63,931 bases of DNA, filler included, from Octopus bimaculoides (GCF_001194135.2; 5 parts of 5 records of this genome joined end to end with filler, not necessarily neighbours in it), one strand, 5' to 3'. Positions 41,121 through 54,001 are shown, counted from the whole stretch's first letter. Notes: generated by a model not told the origin, from the sequence alone. Translations and numbers: made by a program.

Positions 41121-41560
41121 AGGAAAATACTAGGAAAATACTATTGTTTAAGGGTTGTACTGGATAAATTGCGAAAATAATTCTAACAGTTCAAATACTA
41201 AGAAATAAGCATACTCAATTTCATTTTTACCAAACAAATTAGGAAAGTGAATGGCTTATTTCGTCTGGCTTTTAAAATAAAATGTATTAGTTATATATAA
41301 GTATACCTTACAGGTGCCCTGTTATCGAATTTTTCAGCAATCTGAGTGCGCCAAGGGATTTCAAGACATGAGTTTTACTCACGTGTCAAGATTCATAAGA
41401 ATTGATAAAACGATGTAGGAGTTAGCTAGCAACTCCACAAACACACACACACATAATTTCCCACATTGTATATTTACATAAAGACATACACACAAAGAAA
41501 TGCATACGTACACGCAGATATGCACAAACAAACACGCACATACACATATATATATGACAT

Positions 41561-41744
41561 GGAAAAATACGAGCAGGAAAAATAAAATTCTTAAGATTAT
41601 AAACCTGGAAAAGTACAGGACAAGTTATTACACTTGGAAAACTTTAGGACAATAACTCGTCGTGTACTTTTCGAAGTATAACTTCACCTGTACTTTTCCA
41701 TGCTTATAATCTTAAGAATATTATTTCTCGTGCTCATATTTTTC
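41561..41744. mobile_element. Palindromic fold-back element or MITE
   Basis: Left arm gaaaaatacgagcagg..ttcttaagattataaacctggaaaagtacagg..aagttat pairs with right arm ataactt..cctgtacttttccatgcttataatcttaagaa..tgctcatatttttc; arms ~80 bp, loop ~20 nt. Confidence 0.8.
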
Positions 41745-42471
41745 GATATTATCCAAGCTATGATATAAAACCCATTACTTATTTGTCAAATACGTCAATT
41801 AGCAGTGCCGTTGATAATTTTTTTCCTTGCCTCAATGATGCCGGTGACATATATTAAAAGTCAACATATAGAACAATATTCATTAAAAATGTATAGAATT
41901 ACATTATCACTCTCAAATTTGAGAAATAATACATTCATAACTTCTTTTTTTTCTTTTCAAACTTCATTGCATGAAATTCCCCGAATTGAGGGCTATCATG
42001 TAAGTTTAATTAAAATTTAGTTTGATTTTTGAAATATAAAAAAATGTTAATTATACTTAAATCTACTATTTGCCTTATATTTTTTTCATGATATTTTACT
42101 ACAGTTTTTGGATACAAATTTTGGTTGCATGGGACGAGAACAATGAAACTCTTCATTCTTTCTTCTGACATTGAAGCTACGACAAATATATTTTGCTTTT
42201 ACAATAGAAAAGAATATTATTTAGATATTAATTTGTTTGTTGGCGTTACATACTCTCGTATGACGTTGCTACAAATTTTTAAGTAAACTTTTTTCTCACG
42301 GGGCCAAATCTCATTTTGTTCGGCTAAAATGTAGCTAGGGAGCAGTCCCCTTGAAACATGTTAACAGTTTTTAATTTAGTCCCAAACTGAAGTAGCGACA
42401 AGCTCTGAAATATGCTGCATGTAAACAGATTTTGGCCTTAGGAATACTATTCAACTACTACGGTAGCTGAA

Positions 42472-42508
<37 letters not shown>

Positions 42509-42510
<2 letters not shown>

Positions 42511-42804
42511 GTAGTATATTGCCACTTAAGTGTGGCTGACCCCTAGGGGTGGATGTTACTGTTGCTTTTAGCCCCAGGAGGACATCTCCTCCAGCTGGCT
42601 TATCGACATACGACTGTGTCCTGTTTGCCAACGGAAGTTATCCCTCTCACCATGATCTGTAGCAAGAACGGATCCGGATTTCAGGATTATTTCCCTTCGT
42701 CGGCGTTCGACAGCCACTGACCTTGCTGAGAGAGACAAAAACCTGGCAATCTTATATCTACTTTTCCAGTGAAATTCTTCACTGATATCGAAAAGGTGAA
42801 AACA
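42509..42804 (+). mobile_element. Family F LTR-like repeat, second copy (cut by a gap)
   Basis: gtgtagtatattgccacttaagtgtggctgacccc..ttagccccaggaggacatctcctccagctggc aligns with 37745-37845. Confidence 0.75.
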
Positions 42805-43671
42805 NNNNNNNNNNNNNNNNNNNNNNNNNNNNNNNNNNNNNNNNNNNNNNNNNNNNNNNNNNNNNNNNNNNNNNNNNNNNNNNNNNNNNNNNNNNNNNNN
42901 NNNNNNNNNNNNNNNNNNNNNNNNNNNNNNNNNNNNNNNNNNNNNNNNNNNNNNNNNNNNNNNNNNNNNNNNNNNNNNNNNNNNNNNNNNNNNNNNNNNN
43001 NNNNNNNNNNNNNNNNNNNNNNNNNNNNNNNNNNNNNNNNNNNNNNNNNNNNNNNNNNNNNNNNNNNNNNNNNNNNNNNNNNNNNNNNNNNNNNNNNNNN
43101 NNNNNNNNNNNNNNNNNNNNNNNNNNNNNNNNNNNNNNNNNNNNNNNNNNNNNNNNNNNNNNNNNNNNNNNNNNNNNNNNNNNNNNNNNNNNNNNNNNNN
43201 NNNNNNNNNNNNNNNNNNNNNNNNNNNNNNNNNNNNNNNNNNNNNNNNNNNNNNNNNNNNNNNNNNNNNNNNNNNNNNNNNNNNNNNNNNNNNNNNNNNN
43301 NNNNNNNNNNNNNNNNNNNNNNNNNNNNNNNNNNNNNNNNNNNNNNNNNNNNNNNNNNNNNNNNNNNNNNNNNNNNNNNNNNNNNNNNNNNNNNNNNNNN
43401 NNNNNNNNNNNNNNNNNNNNNNNNNNNNNNNNNNNNNNNNNNNNNNNNNNNNNNNNNNNNNNNNNNNNNNNNNNNNNNNNNNNNNNNNNNNNNNNNNNNN
43501 NNNNNNNNNNNNNNNNNNNNNNNNNNNNNNNNNNNNNNNNNNNNNNNNNNNNNNNNNNNNNNNNNNNNNNNNNNNNNNNNTACATGCATACACACGCATA
43601 TATGATAGACACACACGCACACACACACGAACACATACACACACATACACACACAAACACACACACACACA

Positions 43672-43725
<54 letters not shown>

Positions 43726-44192
43726 CAGCATAATGTTTATGTGCTACTATTAGTTTCAGGTGCTTAGAGCATGCCAGACGGTATTTTTAAACACGTGCGG
43801 TGTCCTAGCACAAACTTCAGGTATATGTGCATGTGTGCGTATGTATGTGTGTGCCTCTATTTCTGTATGTACGTATGTATAAATATAGACAAATATGTAT
43901 ATATATATTTCTCGTTTTGATATTTTGTTTGCAAGATTCTTTATGTGTATTCGTGTGTTGAAGCATATTTTGTTTTTTTCTGGCGAGAATCTATATGGTC
44001 TATATGGTCTACCAACAAATCTACCTGTGTAAGTATAAACATGCATACTGACGCATATACATGTTCACATCAGAAAAAAAAACAAAAACGCAACTCCAAT
44101 AACAGAGTAAATGTTAGAAGTAAATGAGTGGAAATCGAATCGGTGAGTGTGTCACTGATTAAGGCATTATAAGAGACTGAGTCTTCCCAGAC

Positions 44193-44281
<89 letters not shown>

Positions 44282-45939
44282 TGTGTGTGTACGTGTGTGT
44301 ATACAATGAGTTGTAATTCTTGTCTTAAGGGTAGCAATGACATTTTAAGTTCAATATTTCAATAAATATACCGAAGTTTCTCAATGCTGTAGACGTGGAT
44401 AGTATATATTCATATTTACTGGATAAGGATCATATTTGAAATTGCGAGCCGAGATGACGCTTATATCTTGAATTTAACATCTAAATGCTAACATTATTCT
44501 ACTTCTTGGTTTGGTGTCGCGAACGAAGATTCGGTGCTGGACCATGAAGTCTGCATACGCACTCGTTGCTTACTATTACTCGTTGCTTCAATTTCGAACA
44601 GGCAGACTTGACCGTAGTGACTGTAGCGGAAGATCTGGTCAGCCTTTCATTACGAAGCGTTGTAGTCCTTCCTACTGCGCCTCGTGATCTTCAGAGTGGA
44701 CCTGCGGATGTTTTCGAAGGAAGAGACAGCGTATTTTAGATTCATTACATACATAGAATATCATCAAAATAACGATTTTATAATTCCTAATACTATCATT
44801 ACATTTCATTTAAGTGCTAATGAATCTGAATTGTTTCATTTAAAATAAACTAGAATATGCTGTGTCATAGTTTACGCATACATATAGTCGTGCTTAAGAC
44901 ATTATACATAAAGAAAATTTTCCTGTCTACAATAATATTTCACTTTATACTGTCATTAGCGATTAAAACAAAATATTACTCGAATTTTGTCGTCTGCTTT
45001 CAAAAATCCTCCTATTTTCTGTATCATACACACCACTATTTTTACTTAGAGCAAACCAAATTACGACTGATAGTATACTCACAGCAACTAGAAACTTTTA
45101 ACCAAAGGAACATCTCAAAATCGAATATAGACATAAGAAGAGATTATCAGCTTAAAATCACATCACGATTTTCAGATCAATAACGATATTTTACTAAAAA
45201 TTCAAACTTACACTAGACAGCTTAACACAAAACAAAATAATTAAAAAAAAAACAGGTGTAACATCATTACAATGAATACATCTAGCAAATTTTCACTTTT
45301 TTTCAAAGACCAATAAGTAACACACCAACAAGTTAAACCACAAAATGTATACCAGTCCATCACTGAAATACACGAAAATGCAGTTGTTAGATAAATAAAA
45401 ATAAAATAGCAAAAATATCGATAAACAGCGAAATGGTTAAACAACTTACATGGAAAACAAAAAAAAATCGTCGAAATAAATAGAAAATAATATTACCGAA
45501 TGCAAAGAAGGCTATGAAAAAATAAACACGGAACTGTGGTAATCAGAGAGACATGATATCAACAAAAACAACATTAACTCGACAATAACAACTAGAGTCA
45601 ATTATTAATAAGAACACTTTGGGGGAAAAAATCTGTAACACAGTCGTTTTACAGCGAATAATACCAAATATTTTTCACGCAATAATATGTGCCAACACAT
45701 ATCTATATTTAAAGAAAAATAAAGCGCTTTCATTGTCTTCTCTCCATGCTAGTACATTATGCTGCTGCTGCTGTTACTGCTACCATCACAACTACTGCCG
45801 TTGCTGCTACTATCACCACGACTACTGATGTTGGTAGTATCACCATCCACTACTACTAGTTGTAATAGTAGAGCGGCCACAGTTTCTACTACTACCCTCT
45901 CCATGAAATAAACACTACCACCAACCACCACTACCGACC

Positions 45940-45953
45940 CACCACCACCACCG

Positions 45954-46026
<73 letters not shown>

Positions 46027-46042
46027 AGCAGCAGCAGCAGCA
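45940..46042. repeat. (CCA)n-(CTA)n-(CAG)n trinucleotide array
   Basis: Directly visible. Confidence 0.95.
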
Positions 46043-46538
46043 GGTGGAAAAATGTTATATCCTACTAACACGAAATGAGCAGATGTTTATTTTTTTAAAA
46101 AAATCAAAATGAGTATGGCTAATTATTCACCAACTTTTCCAACTTGTCGTCTGAGGGTAGTAAGTAGACCTAAATACATTTCAGTTAATTTGTTTAGTAT
46201 TTGTTTAATTTTTTTTTTTTTTTACGTCAAAGACTTCAGTCAATACTGTTTTTTTTCCTGTCTTCTTTGTTATCAACCAATAAACTTCTCGCAGACTTTA
46301 TTTTATTTTAAAGTTATAAGATATCAATAACATTCATACTGATAACTAAATTTGCTGATGTCTGTAAAGGTTTTAAATTGTGATTAAGCTGCCAAACATA
46401 TCACTTCCTACGTCTATATGGAAGTATTCTATGTAAATAAAATAAAAATGCAAATACTGACGTATTACATTGCAGATCAGTGAGTAAACATCCGAAAATC
46501 AATCATCTTACAAAAGTTTCGATTTTTATTTCATGCAC

Positions 46539-46695
46539 AGGTGCAAGCATTGCTTTGTGGTGAAAAGTATGCATTTCAACCACGCCGTTCTGCGTTTGAT
46601 CCCATTGCGTGCCACCTCAGGTATGTGTCTTGAACCATAGCTACGAGTGAACAGAATACTCTTGAGTGGATTTGGTAGACGGAAATTGAAAGAAT
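46539..46695 (+). mobile_element. SINE family A, diverged 5' part
   Basis: gcgtgccacctcaggtatgtgtctt..gagtggatttggtagacggaaattgaaagaa. Confidence 0.75.
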
Positions 46696-48256
46696 GGTGG
46701 AGTAAATATATATATTGTAAATCCCCAAAAACGAAGAACAAGCATAAAATAAAAACAACAACAGGAGGACATGGTACATGTAAAATATTAGCAAACGCTC
46801 AGGGAAGGACCGACAGGTGCTTTTACGTTCCGAGCAGTGGTCTTCTTCACCAAAAGTAGAGTTAAATGGAAAAGAAGACGGAGGAAAAGAAAAAAGCACC
46901 AACGATTCACATGTGTTTACGATTTCAAATTGTGTATATATATATATATATATATATATNNNNNNNNNNNNNNNNNNNNNNNNNNNNNNNNNNNNNNNNN
47001 NNNNNNNNNNNNNNNNNNNNNNNNNNNNNNNNNNNNNNNNNNNNNNNNNNNNNNNNNNNNNNNNNNNNNNNNNNNNNNNNNNNNNNNNNNNNNNNNNNNN
47101 NNNNNNNNNNNNNNNNNNNNNNNNNNNNNNNNNNNNNNNNNNNNNNNNNNNNNNNNNNNNNNNNNNNNNNNNNNNNNNNNNNNNNNNNNNNNNNNNNNNN
47201 NNNNNNNNNNNNNNNNNNNNNNNNNNNNNNNNNNNNNNNNNNNNNNNNNNNNNNNNNNNNNNNNNNNNNNNNNNNNNNNNNNNNNNNNNNNNNNNNNNNN
47301 NNNNNNNNNNNNNNNNNNNNNNNNNNNNNNNNNNNNNNNNNNNNNNNNNNNNNNNNNNNNNNNNNNNNNNNNNNNNNNNNNNNNNNNNNNNNNNNNNNNN
47401 NNNNNNNNNNNNNNNNNNNNNNNNNNNNNNNNNNNNNNNNNNNNNNNNNNNNNNNNNNNNNNNNNNNNNNNNNNNNNNNNNNNNNNNNNNNNNNNNNNNN
47501 NNNNNNNNNNNNNNNNNNNNNNNNNNNNNNNNNNNNNNNNNNNNNNNNNNNNNNNNNNNNNNNNNNNNNNNNNNNNNNNNNNNNNNNNNNNNNNNNNNNN
47601 NNNNNNNNNNNNNNNNNNNNNNNNNNNNNNNNNNNNNNNNNNNNNNNNNNNNNNNNNNNNNNNNNNNNNNNNNNNNNNNNNNNNNNNNNNNNNNNNNNNN
47701 NNNNNNNNNNNNNNNNNNNNNNNNNNNNNNNNNNNNNNNNNNNNNNNNNNNNNNNNNNNNNNNNNNNNNNNNNNNNNNNNNNNNNNNNNNNNNNNNNNNN
47801 NNNNNNNNNNNNNNNNNNNNNNNNNNNNNNNNNNNNNNNNNNNNNNNNNNNNNNNNNNNNNNNNNNNNNNNNNNNNNNNNNNNNNNNNNNNNNNNNNNNN
47901 NNNNNNNNNNNNNNNNNNTATATATACATACATACATACATACATATATCTACATGCATGTGTGATCGTGTTTTCTCCGTGCTAGTTACCGCTTGAACAG
48001 GTTTAAATTGAAGAAAAAAATCTGATGTCGGTTCCTTCGATTAAACGTTCTTCGAGAAGGTGATCCAGCGTTGCTGTAATCCAATGACCAAAACAAGTAT
48101 AAGCTAAAAGAGAAAAAAATACACGAACCTGATACTATTATCAGGTTCCTACACGAAAATGGTAATTTTACATATACCTCATTTATTATTTACTTTGCGA
48201 ATTACACAGTGTTGAACTGCTTGCATGAACATAGAAAACAATATTTACACATATCG

Positions 48257-48612
48257 TGGCACTCCACTGGTTACTACGACGAGGGTTCCAGTTGATCTGA
48301 TCGTGAAATTAACGTACAAGTAGCTGAGCACTCCACGGTCACGTATATCCTTAACAGAGTCCTCGGGGAGATTTAGCGTGACACAGAGTATGACAAGGCT
48401 GGTACGTTAAAATACAGGAAGAAAAGAAACAGGAAGAAAGAATGAGAAAGTTGTGGTGAAAGAGTAGAGCAGGGTTCGCCACCTACCCCTGCCGTAGACT
48501 TTTGGAGCTTTCGGTGTTTTCACTCAATAAACACAACGCCCGGTCTGGGAATCGAAATCGTGATCTTTCGACCGTGAGTCCGCTGCCCTAACCACTGGGC
48601 CATTGCGCCTCC
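48257..48612 (-). mobile_element. SINE family B, full length
   Basis: Reverse complement starts ggaggcgcaatggcccagtggttagggcagcggactc and ends ggagtgcca. Confidence 0.92.
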
Positions 48613-50437
48613 TCTGTCATTCTATAAGAGATGGGCAATTAAATTTTCATTAAGCGAATGGTCAGCCTTAAACGTGTGTCTGGAGTTGAATGAATTCCCA
48701 TGTACGTTATTCAAAGATTATCTTGGCTTTTCTCGACTTAACTTCCGTAAGTGTCCATTTCTATAACCTCACAATATACTCGCATTTTACCAAGACTAAT
48801 ATCGTAATACCCGTTCCCTTAGCCCTTCTACGTGCTCCACCTACTCCTACCTCTGCACTATAACCTTCTTCCTAATTAGAAGTTGGCTCATCCTTGCCCA
48901 GCTCCTACAATGCAATTCCACAAATCTCACCTCTACATTGTACTTCCCCTTCACCATATTATAAACTGTGCTACTGTTTTAAGGATATTTCATAGAAGTT
49001 CATCTAGTCATCATCTTTTTTTTTTATACCAGCTGAAAAGTGTATTTATCAAAATTAAATTAAACAGTGCCTAAGAAATTTATAAATATATAATCCCGCA
49101 ATTAATTTGAATCATATTTTTACTTTAATTATGAAATTTCATTTCATTTGTACAGTATGCCTAGAATTTTGTTTCCTTCGATATCGCGTAGTTTCTCAAA
49201 TGTAGAGCACAGCCCTCTTAGCCACAATATCGTATAGAGAAAATTTTCGAAATATTTTAGCACTGAAAGTAACTCTTGAGCAAATATTTAAGCAGATTCA
49301 CCGAGTTATCAATAATATATTTAGTGCGTCTCTAGTACACTATTTGCAAGATACTAAAATAATTTGCCAGTGACGATGGAACGAAATTTATTGAATTTTC
49401 AACGTAAAAGTCTTGTTCTATGTAGCAACAAAGTAGCTGCAAATTTTGTAATAAAAACGTCAAAATGTTCACAAACTGTGTGATCTTTCAAGAAACTTTT
49501 ATTTTAGACTTATACATATTTATGCGTCGAAAGTACGCAGTTTGGAACGAAAGGAGTGCAGGATATAAGATTTGCATTGACAAAATCATAATCTGACAGT
49601 TCGGATTAGTTTATACAGATTGCCATTGAAGTAAAACTTACTTTTCAAGAAACGCATTCTCAACGGTTTCGTGTTGAGTAACTTAATTATAATTCCTCTA
49701 AGGCTTAGTTAATGCTGTAAAAATCTGCACGGGCCATGCAGTCGGGGCAAAGGATAACAAGATCGCAATGTTCGCTTACTCAATAAATTTATTTTATACC
49801 CGATAAAGTAGATTTAGTTGGACAATAGTTAGAATTAGCAGTAATGCCTTTATACTCTGGTGCATGTCTTCCATAATAACATGTCCATATATGTTATATT
49901 TATGGATATCACTTGACATTCGCTCCAGGCCAGATAGGCGACTTAATTTTAGTATTTCAAAGCTGAATCTTATATAGAATTCTCAGTGTCAGATTATGTC
50001 TCATCCAAACTGCTTTTACTATCTCTTCTCAAAGGAAATCTATTAATTTACAAAAGTTATTTGATATAAATATAATCCATATCAGAACACAATATTCCAA
50101 CATGTTGTAGCACCTGACATATTGAAATATATACCATTTATGTTGTAGAGCTTCTGGAAATGAAAATATCAATAGTGTTATTTAATTTTCAAGAGATGAA
50201 GTATTGCGAAGCCTTTGTAAATTAGATATTATTGTTTAAACTGAAAAATTACAAATTCATACAGAGTCTAATTCATAGGCAAATATACATGAAAAATAAT
50301 ATAATTATACGATTAATGTTCATGCATGTTACAATGACAATTGTGAATGAATATTCTCCTCGGAAAAATACCGCACTAAATTTGCCTTTCACGATATATT
50401 TACATTTAGAATGATAAGTATGATGTATAAATATTAT

Positions 50438-50697
50438 GTACATTTGACGGATATTTGTCCTCATCTTTTGTTTGTTGTTAACACAAGGCATCGGCTGAGA
50501 TAATCTCCAGCCTTCATCAGGTGCATTGGGGAAATTTCGAACCTGGGTTCTTACTCCTAAGGTATTTTTCGATGGAGGGTATATCAGCAGAAACATTGTG
50601 TTAACAACAAACAAGATGAAGACAAATAACGGACAAAAGTAAACAATGTAAATAATGTACATTATGTACATAATTCCTCATCTCTTAAATACTGAAC
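50438..50697. mobile_element. Family D tail pair in divergent inverted arrangement (no tRNA head)
   Basis: Minus arm 50438-50574 and plus arm 50574-50697 both match the tail at 53860-54001. The minus arm contains CTGATGA-A-GGCTG..CAGCC. Confidence 0.85.
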
Positions 50698-50836
50698 ATC
50701 TGTATAAATGTTAATTTAATCTAATAGAAGCTGACGAACAAAGGTCACCCTGATTTCAAACGTTAATAAGAAATAAACAGGAAAATGCATGAAGAAAGTT
50801 TGTATTTCTATGAAGGATATAAAATGCCATTTTACT

Positions 50837-51170
50837 TTATCTTCCAGGCCTGGAGTAGAGAGCATCGTTGTTCCTTGTATCTTCATGTGTTTGTTTTTTA
50901 TTAACTTTTGAAAGCGGTGCCACTTTTCTGTCACTTCCTGTACTAATATTGTTGCATGTAACCTGTTTTAATTCAGCCAAATAATTATTCGATGATGCTT
51001 CAAAGCTGATTTATTAACTATTTACCCATATCGATTGCAACGTATTTTGTCTGTTTTGCGGTTACCAGTGAGTACGTGCTATTCACAATGGCGAACGACT
51101 CAGAAATGCGTCTAGCATTCTCACTAGCTACTTCTGGGATGGAGCTTCTCCTGCTTCTGCTATATATTGT
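50837..51170 (-). CDS. Candidate last two coding exons (51170-51026 and 50937-50837) of an unknown receptor-like cytoplasmic tail
   Basis: Acceptor ttgtatttacag; donor tgg|gtaaat; 88-nt intron; the first exon is open in only one frame and the phases match (0>1, 1>stop). Peptide: TIYSRSRRSSIPEVASENARRISESFAIVNSTYSLVTAKQTKYVAIDM|GSDRKVAPLSKVNKKQTHEDTRNNDALYSRPGR*. Confidence 0.4.
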
Positions 51171-51711
51171 CTGTAAATACAATATATTGTAGGACGATGG
51201 GTGTAGCCAAAGAGTTTGCATTTTACAATATATTTTACATTAACTGGCCTGTTTGCCTAGCATGTTCAGTAGCATCGTTCGAAACTCAAACGATGCAAAG
51301 CGCATTGTGAATAGTGATGTCTAACACGATTCGATGTTTTGCTCGATCGCGTGAACTCGGGATTTACATGACGTACGATATACGAATAACTAATTAATCC
51401 AATAATGCTTCTATTGCATATAACAACTGTTTACTACATGAGGTTAATTCATGTAGAAAATCATGTTATGTACGAAGTCGAGTTGGTCATTTTTATAATT
51501 TTTGACCAGAGATCTTGAAGAAAGAAGCTTCAATAAATGAGAAAGTATTTGTTCATACGCATACTCTTGCACACACGCACAAACATTCACAGTTAAGAGA
51601 AAACTATGTTAAACATGCAAAAGATTAAAAGAAATGATTTACTATTTAACGAAATAAGTATTTGCAATAACAAATTAAACGCAACATCTGAGCATATCTG
51701 TTTCACTTAAT

Positions 51712-52049
51712 GTGCAGATGGCCCAGTGGTTAGGGCAGCGGACTCGCGGTCATAAGATCGCACTTTCGATTCCCAGACCAGGCGTTGTGAGTGTTTATTG
51801 AGCGAAAACACCCAGATCTCCACGAGGCCCCGGCAGGGGTGGTGGCGAACCCTGGTGTATTCTTTCCCTCAAACTTACCTTCTTTCTTTCTGTTTCTTCT
51901 GTGCCTGTATTTCAAAAGGCCAGCTTTGTTACAATATGTGTCACATTGAATCTCCCTGAAAACGTCGTTAAATTTACATGTGTCTGTGGAGTGCTCAGCC
52001 ACTTGCACGTTAATATCACGAGTAGGCTGTTCCGCTGATCGGAGTGCCA
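51712..52049 (+). mobile_element. SINE family B
   Basis: tggcccagtggttagggcagcggactcgcggtc..ttcgattcccagaccaggcgttgtgagtg. Confidence 0.9.
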
Positions 52050-53494
52050 TGGCGGAGATTGTCAAGTTGAAATGATTAGAATGATTCCAAAGGGTGCTTT
52101 TATATTCCAGATATGAAATTCTGAACAAAATAAAATTAGGAATGCCATAGATTTACTAAATCAGCGTGCTGGCATAAGTATGTCGCGACTTTTTCCTCCA
52201 ACTCTTTAAGTTATGAGATCAAATCACGCAGTGGTCCCCTTTGTCTTTCATTGTTTCAGAGTTGATAAAATGACATGCATCAATCACTAGAATTGATGTA
52301 GTCGACATGTTACTTTCCTGAAAAGCTGCAGGCGTTCACTCCTACAATGCAGCAGCGTCCCATCTAGAGGGATATTATATTTTCGGCCATGTGTATACTG
52401 AAGAAACCTAATGATCGACATTATGATTCCTAATGCTGAAAAGATCTAGATTAACCGCTGATTTATTGCAGTCGGTTAACAGATGTCGGTTCTAAAACGC
52501 AGAATTCATCAAAAATATATCCATTAGGTTTTTCTGAGCTTTTGGAGCACTATTGTAATTCTCCTTACACTAAAACATTAAACAGTTGTTTAGGGTCTAC
52601 GAGATGTGTACCAGAAAATTTCGTGTATCGAATCACTTCGAGCGAGAGATTGTTTAGATTTTCATTCATCAGTTAGTAACTTAACTGATTACCTTCAAGA
52701 TATTTACTAACTTTTGTCACAATCTACGTATATTAATGATTTATTTAATTATTTTTAGAATATTATTTCTCTCAAATAAGTCATAAAATGTCTTTTGAAA
52801 GTGAAAGATAAAATATCTCCTAGTGTATAAATTATATGTATAATTACCTAATATCTACTAACAATCTCATTTTCTTATTTTAAATAATCTTCTGTATTGG
52901 TTTATATACTCAAAATCTAACATTTTGCAATGCTGTGATACATTTGTTGGTGAAGAGAATGGAATAAGTGATTACGTACCACATACGATTCAAAAGACTT
53001 ATCGAATGCGTAATATCTAAATTTAGACTGCTGCAAATGTGTTCCCTTTTTGTTCTTCTCGAGTACATTTCTGCCTGTCACTTACAAACCCATTGCCGTA
53101 ACCAGAACACATTCATACCTTTCAATAACAAAAAAGGGGAGGGGCTGTAGGAACTGGTAGAGAAATTATCATTTTCCACCTGGGAAAACAAAGTCCGGTG
53201 ATAGAAAGGCGTGTGGTTTCAGAGAGTTACTTTCTTTCATAATATAAATGTAGTTTACGAGATGGTGTAGGAGTCCATACACGCACAGACGATTGCACCC
53301 GTCTTTATTTACGCATACAAGAGTCAAACGTTTTTACAAGAAGAAGTTACAATAGTAAGATGGGTAGGGTTCCATGGACTGGTGATTATGAAGAGTTTAG
53401 AAATAGTAGCAGTAAAATTCACAAGAACATATGTTCGCGCGCGACTTTAGGAGCAGCTTTTAAACAGCTAGTATCCAAGCACCCACTGTCTGTA

Positions 53495-53535
<41 letters not shown>

Positions 53536-53615
53536 CACACACACGTATATATATATGTATATATATATATGAAAAAACGAGATTACAAAGAAATAAAACA
53601 TTATCATATGATACA

Positions 53616-53815
53616 GTTCTATATTTAAGAGATGAGAAATTATGTACATTGTTTACATTCTTTACATTTGACGGATATATGTCCTCATATTGTTACCCTC
53701 CAGACTTCATCAGGGCATATGGCGTAGTGGTTAAGAGCACGGGCTACTAAACCCAAGATTCCGAGTTCGATTCCAGGCAGTGACTTGAATACTAATAGTA
53801 ATAATATTAATAATG

Positions 53816-53846
<31 letters not shown>

Positions 53847-54001
53847 TAACAACAACAACATCGAAAAATACCTAAGGAATGAGAACCACGGTTCGAAATG
53901 TTCCCAAGACACTTGATGAGGGCGGGAGGGTATATCAGCCGAAACGTTGTGTTAACAACAAATAAGATAAGGAGAAGCATCCGTCAAATGTAAATAATGT
54001 A
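53616..54001 (+). mobile_element. SINE family D: tRNA head, (TAA)n and hammerhead-like tail, with an inverted tail fragment upstream
   Basis: A-box TGGCGTAGTGG at 53720-30; B-box GTTCGATTCC at 53765-74; (AAT)n linker; hammerhead-like motif at 53908-53953; inverted tail fragment at 53616-53713. Confidence 0.88.
53908..53953 (+). ncRNA. Minimal type I hammerhead-ribozyme-like motif (this copy has C3>U and one stem II mismatch)
   Basis: gacac-TTGATGA-g-ggcgg-gagggtatat-cagcc-GAAAC-GTT-gtgtt. Stem I is gacac/gtgtt and helix III is the palindrome ACGT. Sister fragments at 50514-20 and 53707-13 (both minus strand) keep CTGATGA. Confidence 0.55.

Noticed and set aside
53714-53785. tRNA gene call (also for the heads at 32601, 48612 and 51712)
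   Set aside because: A and B boxes are present, but there is no proper acceptor stem and the sequences run into repeat bodies; these are SINE heads.
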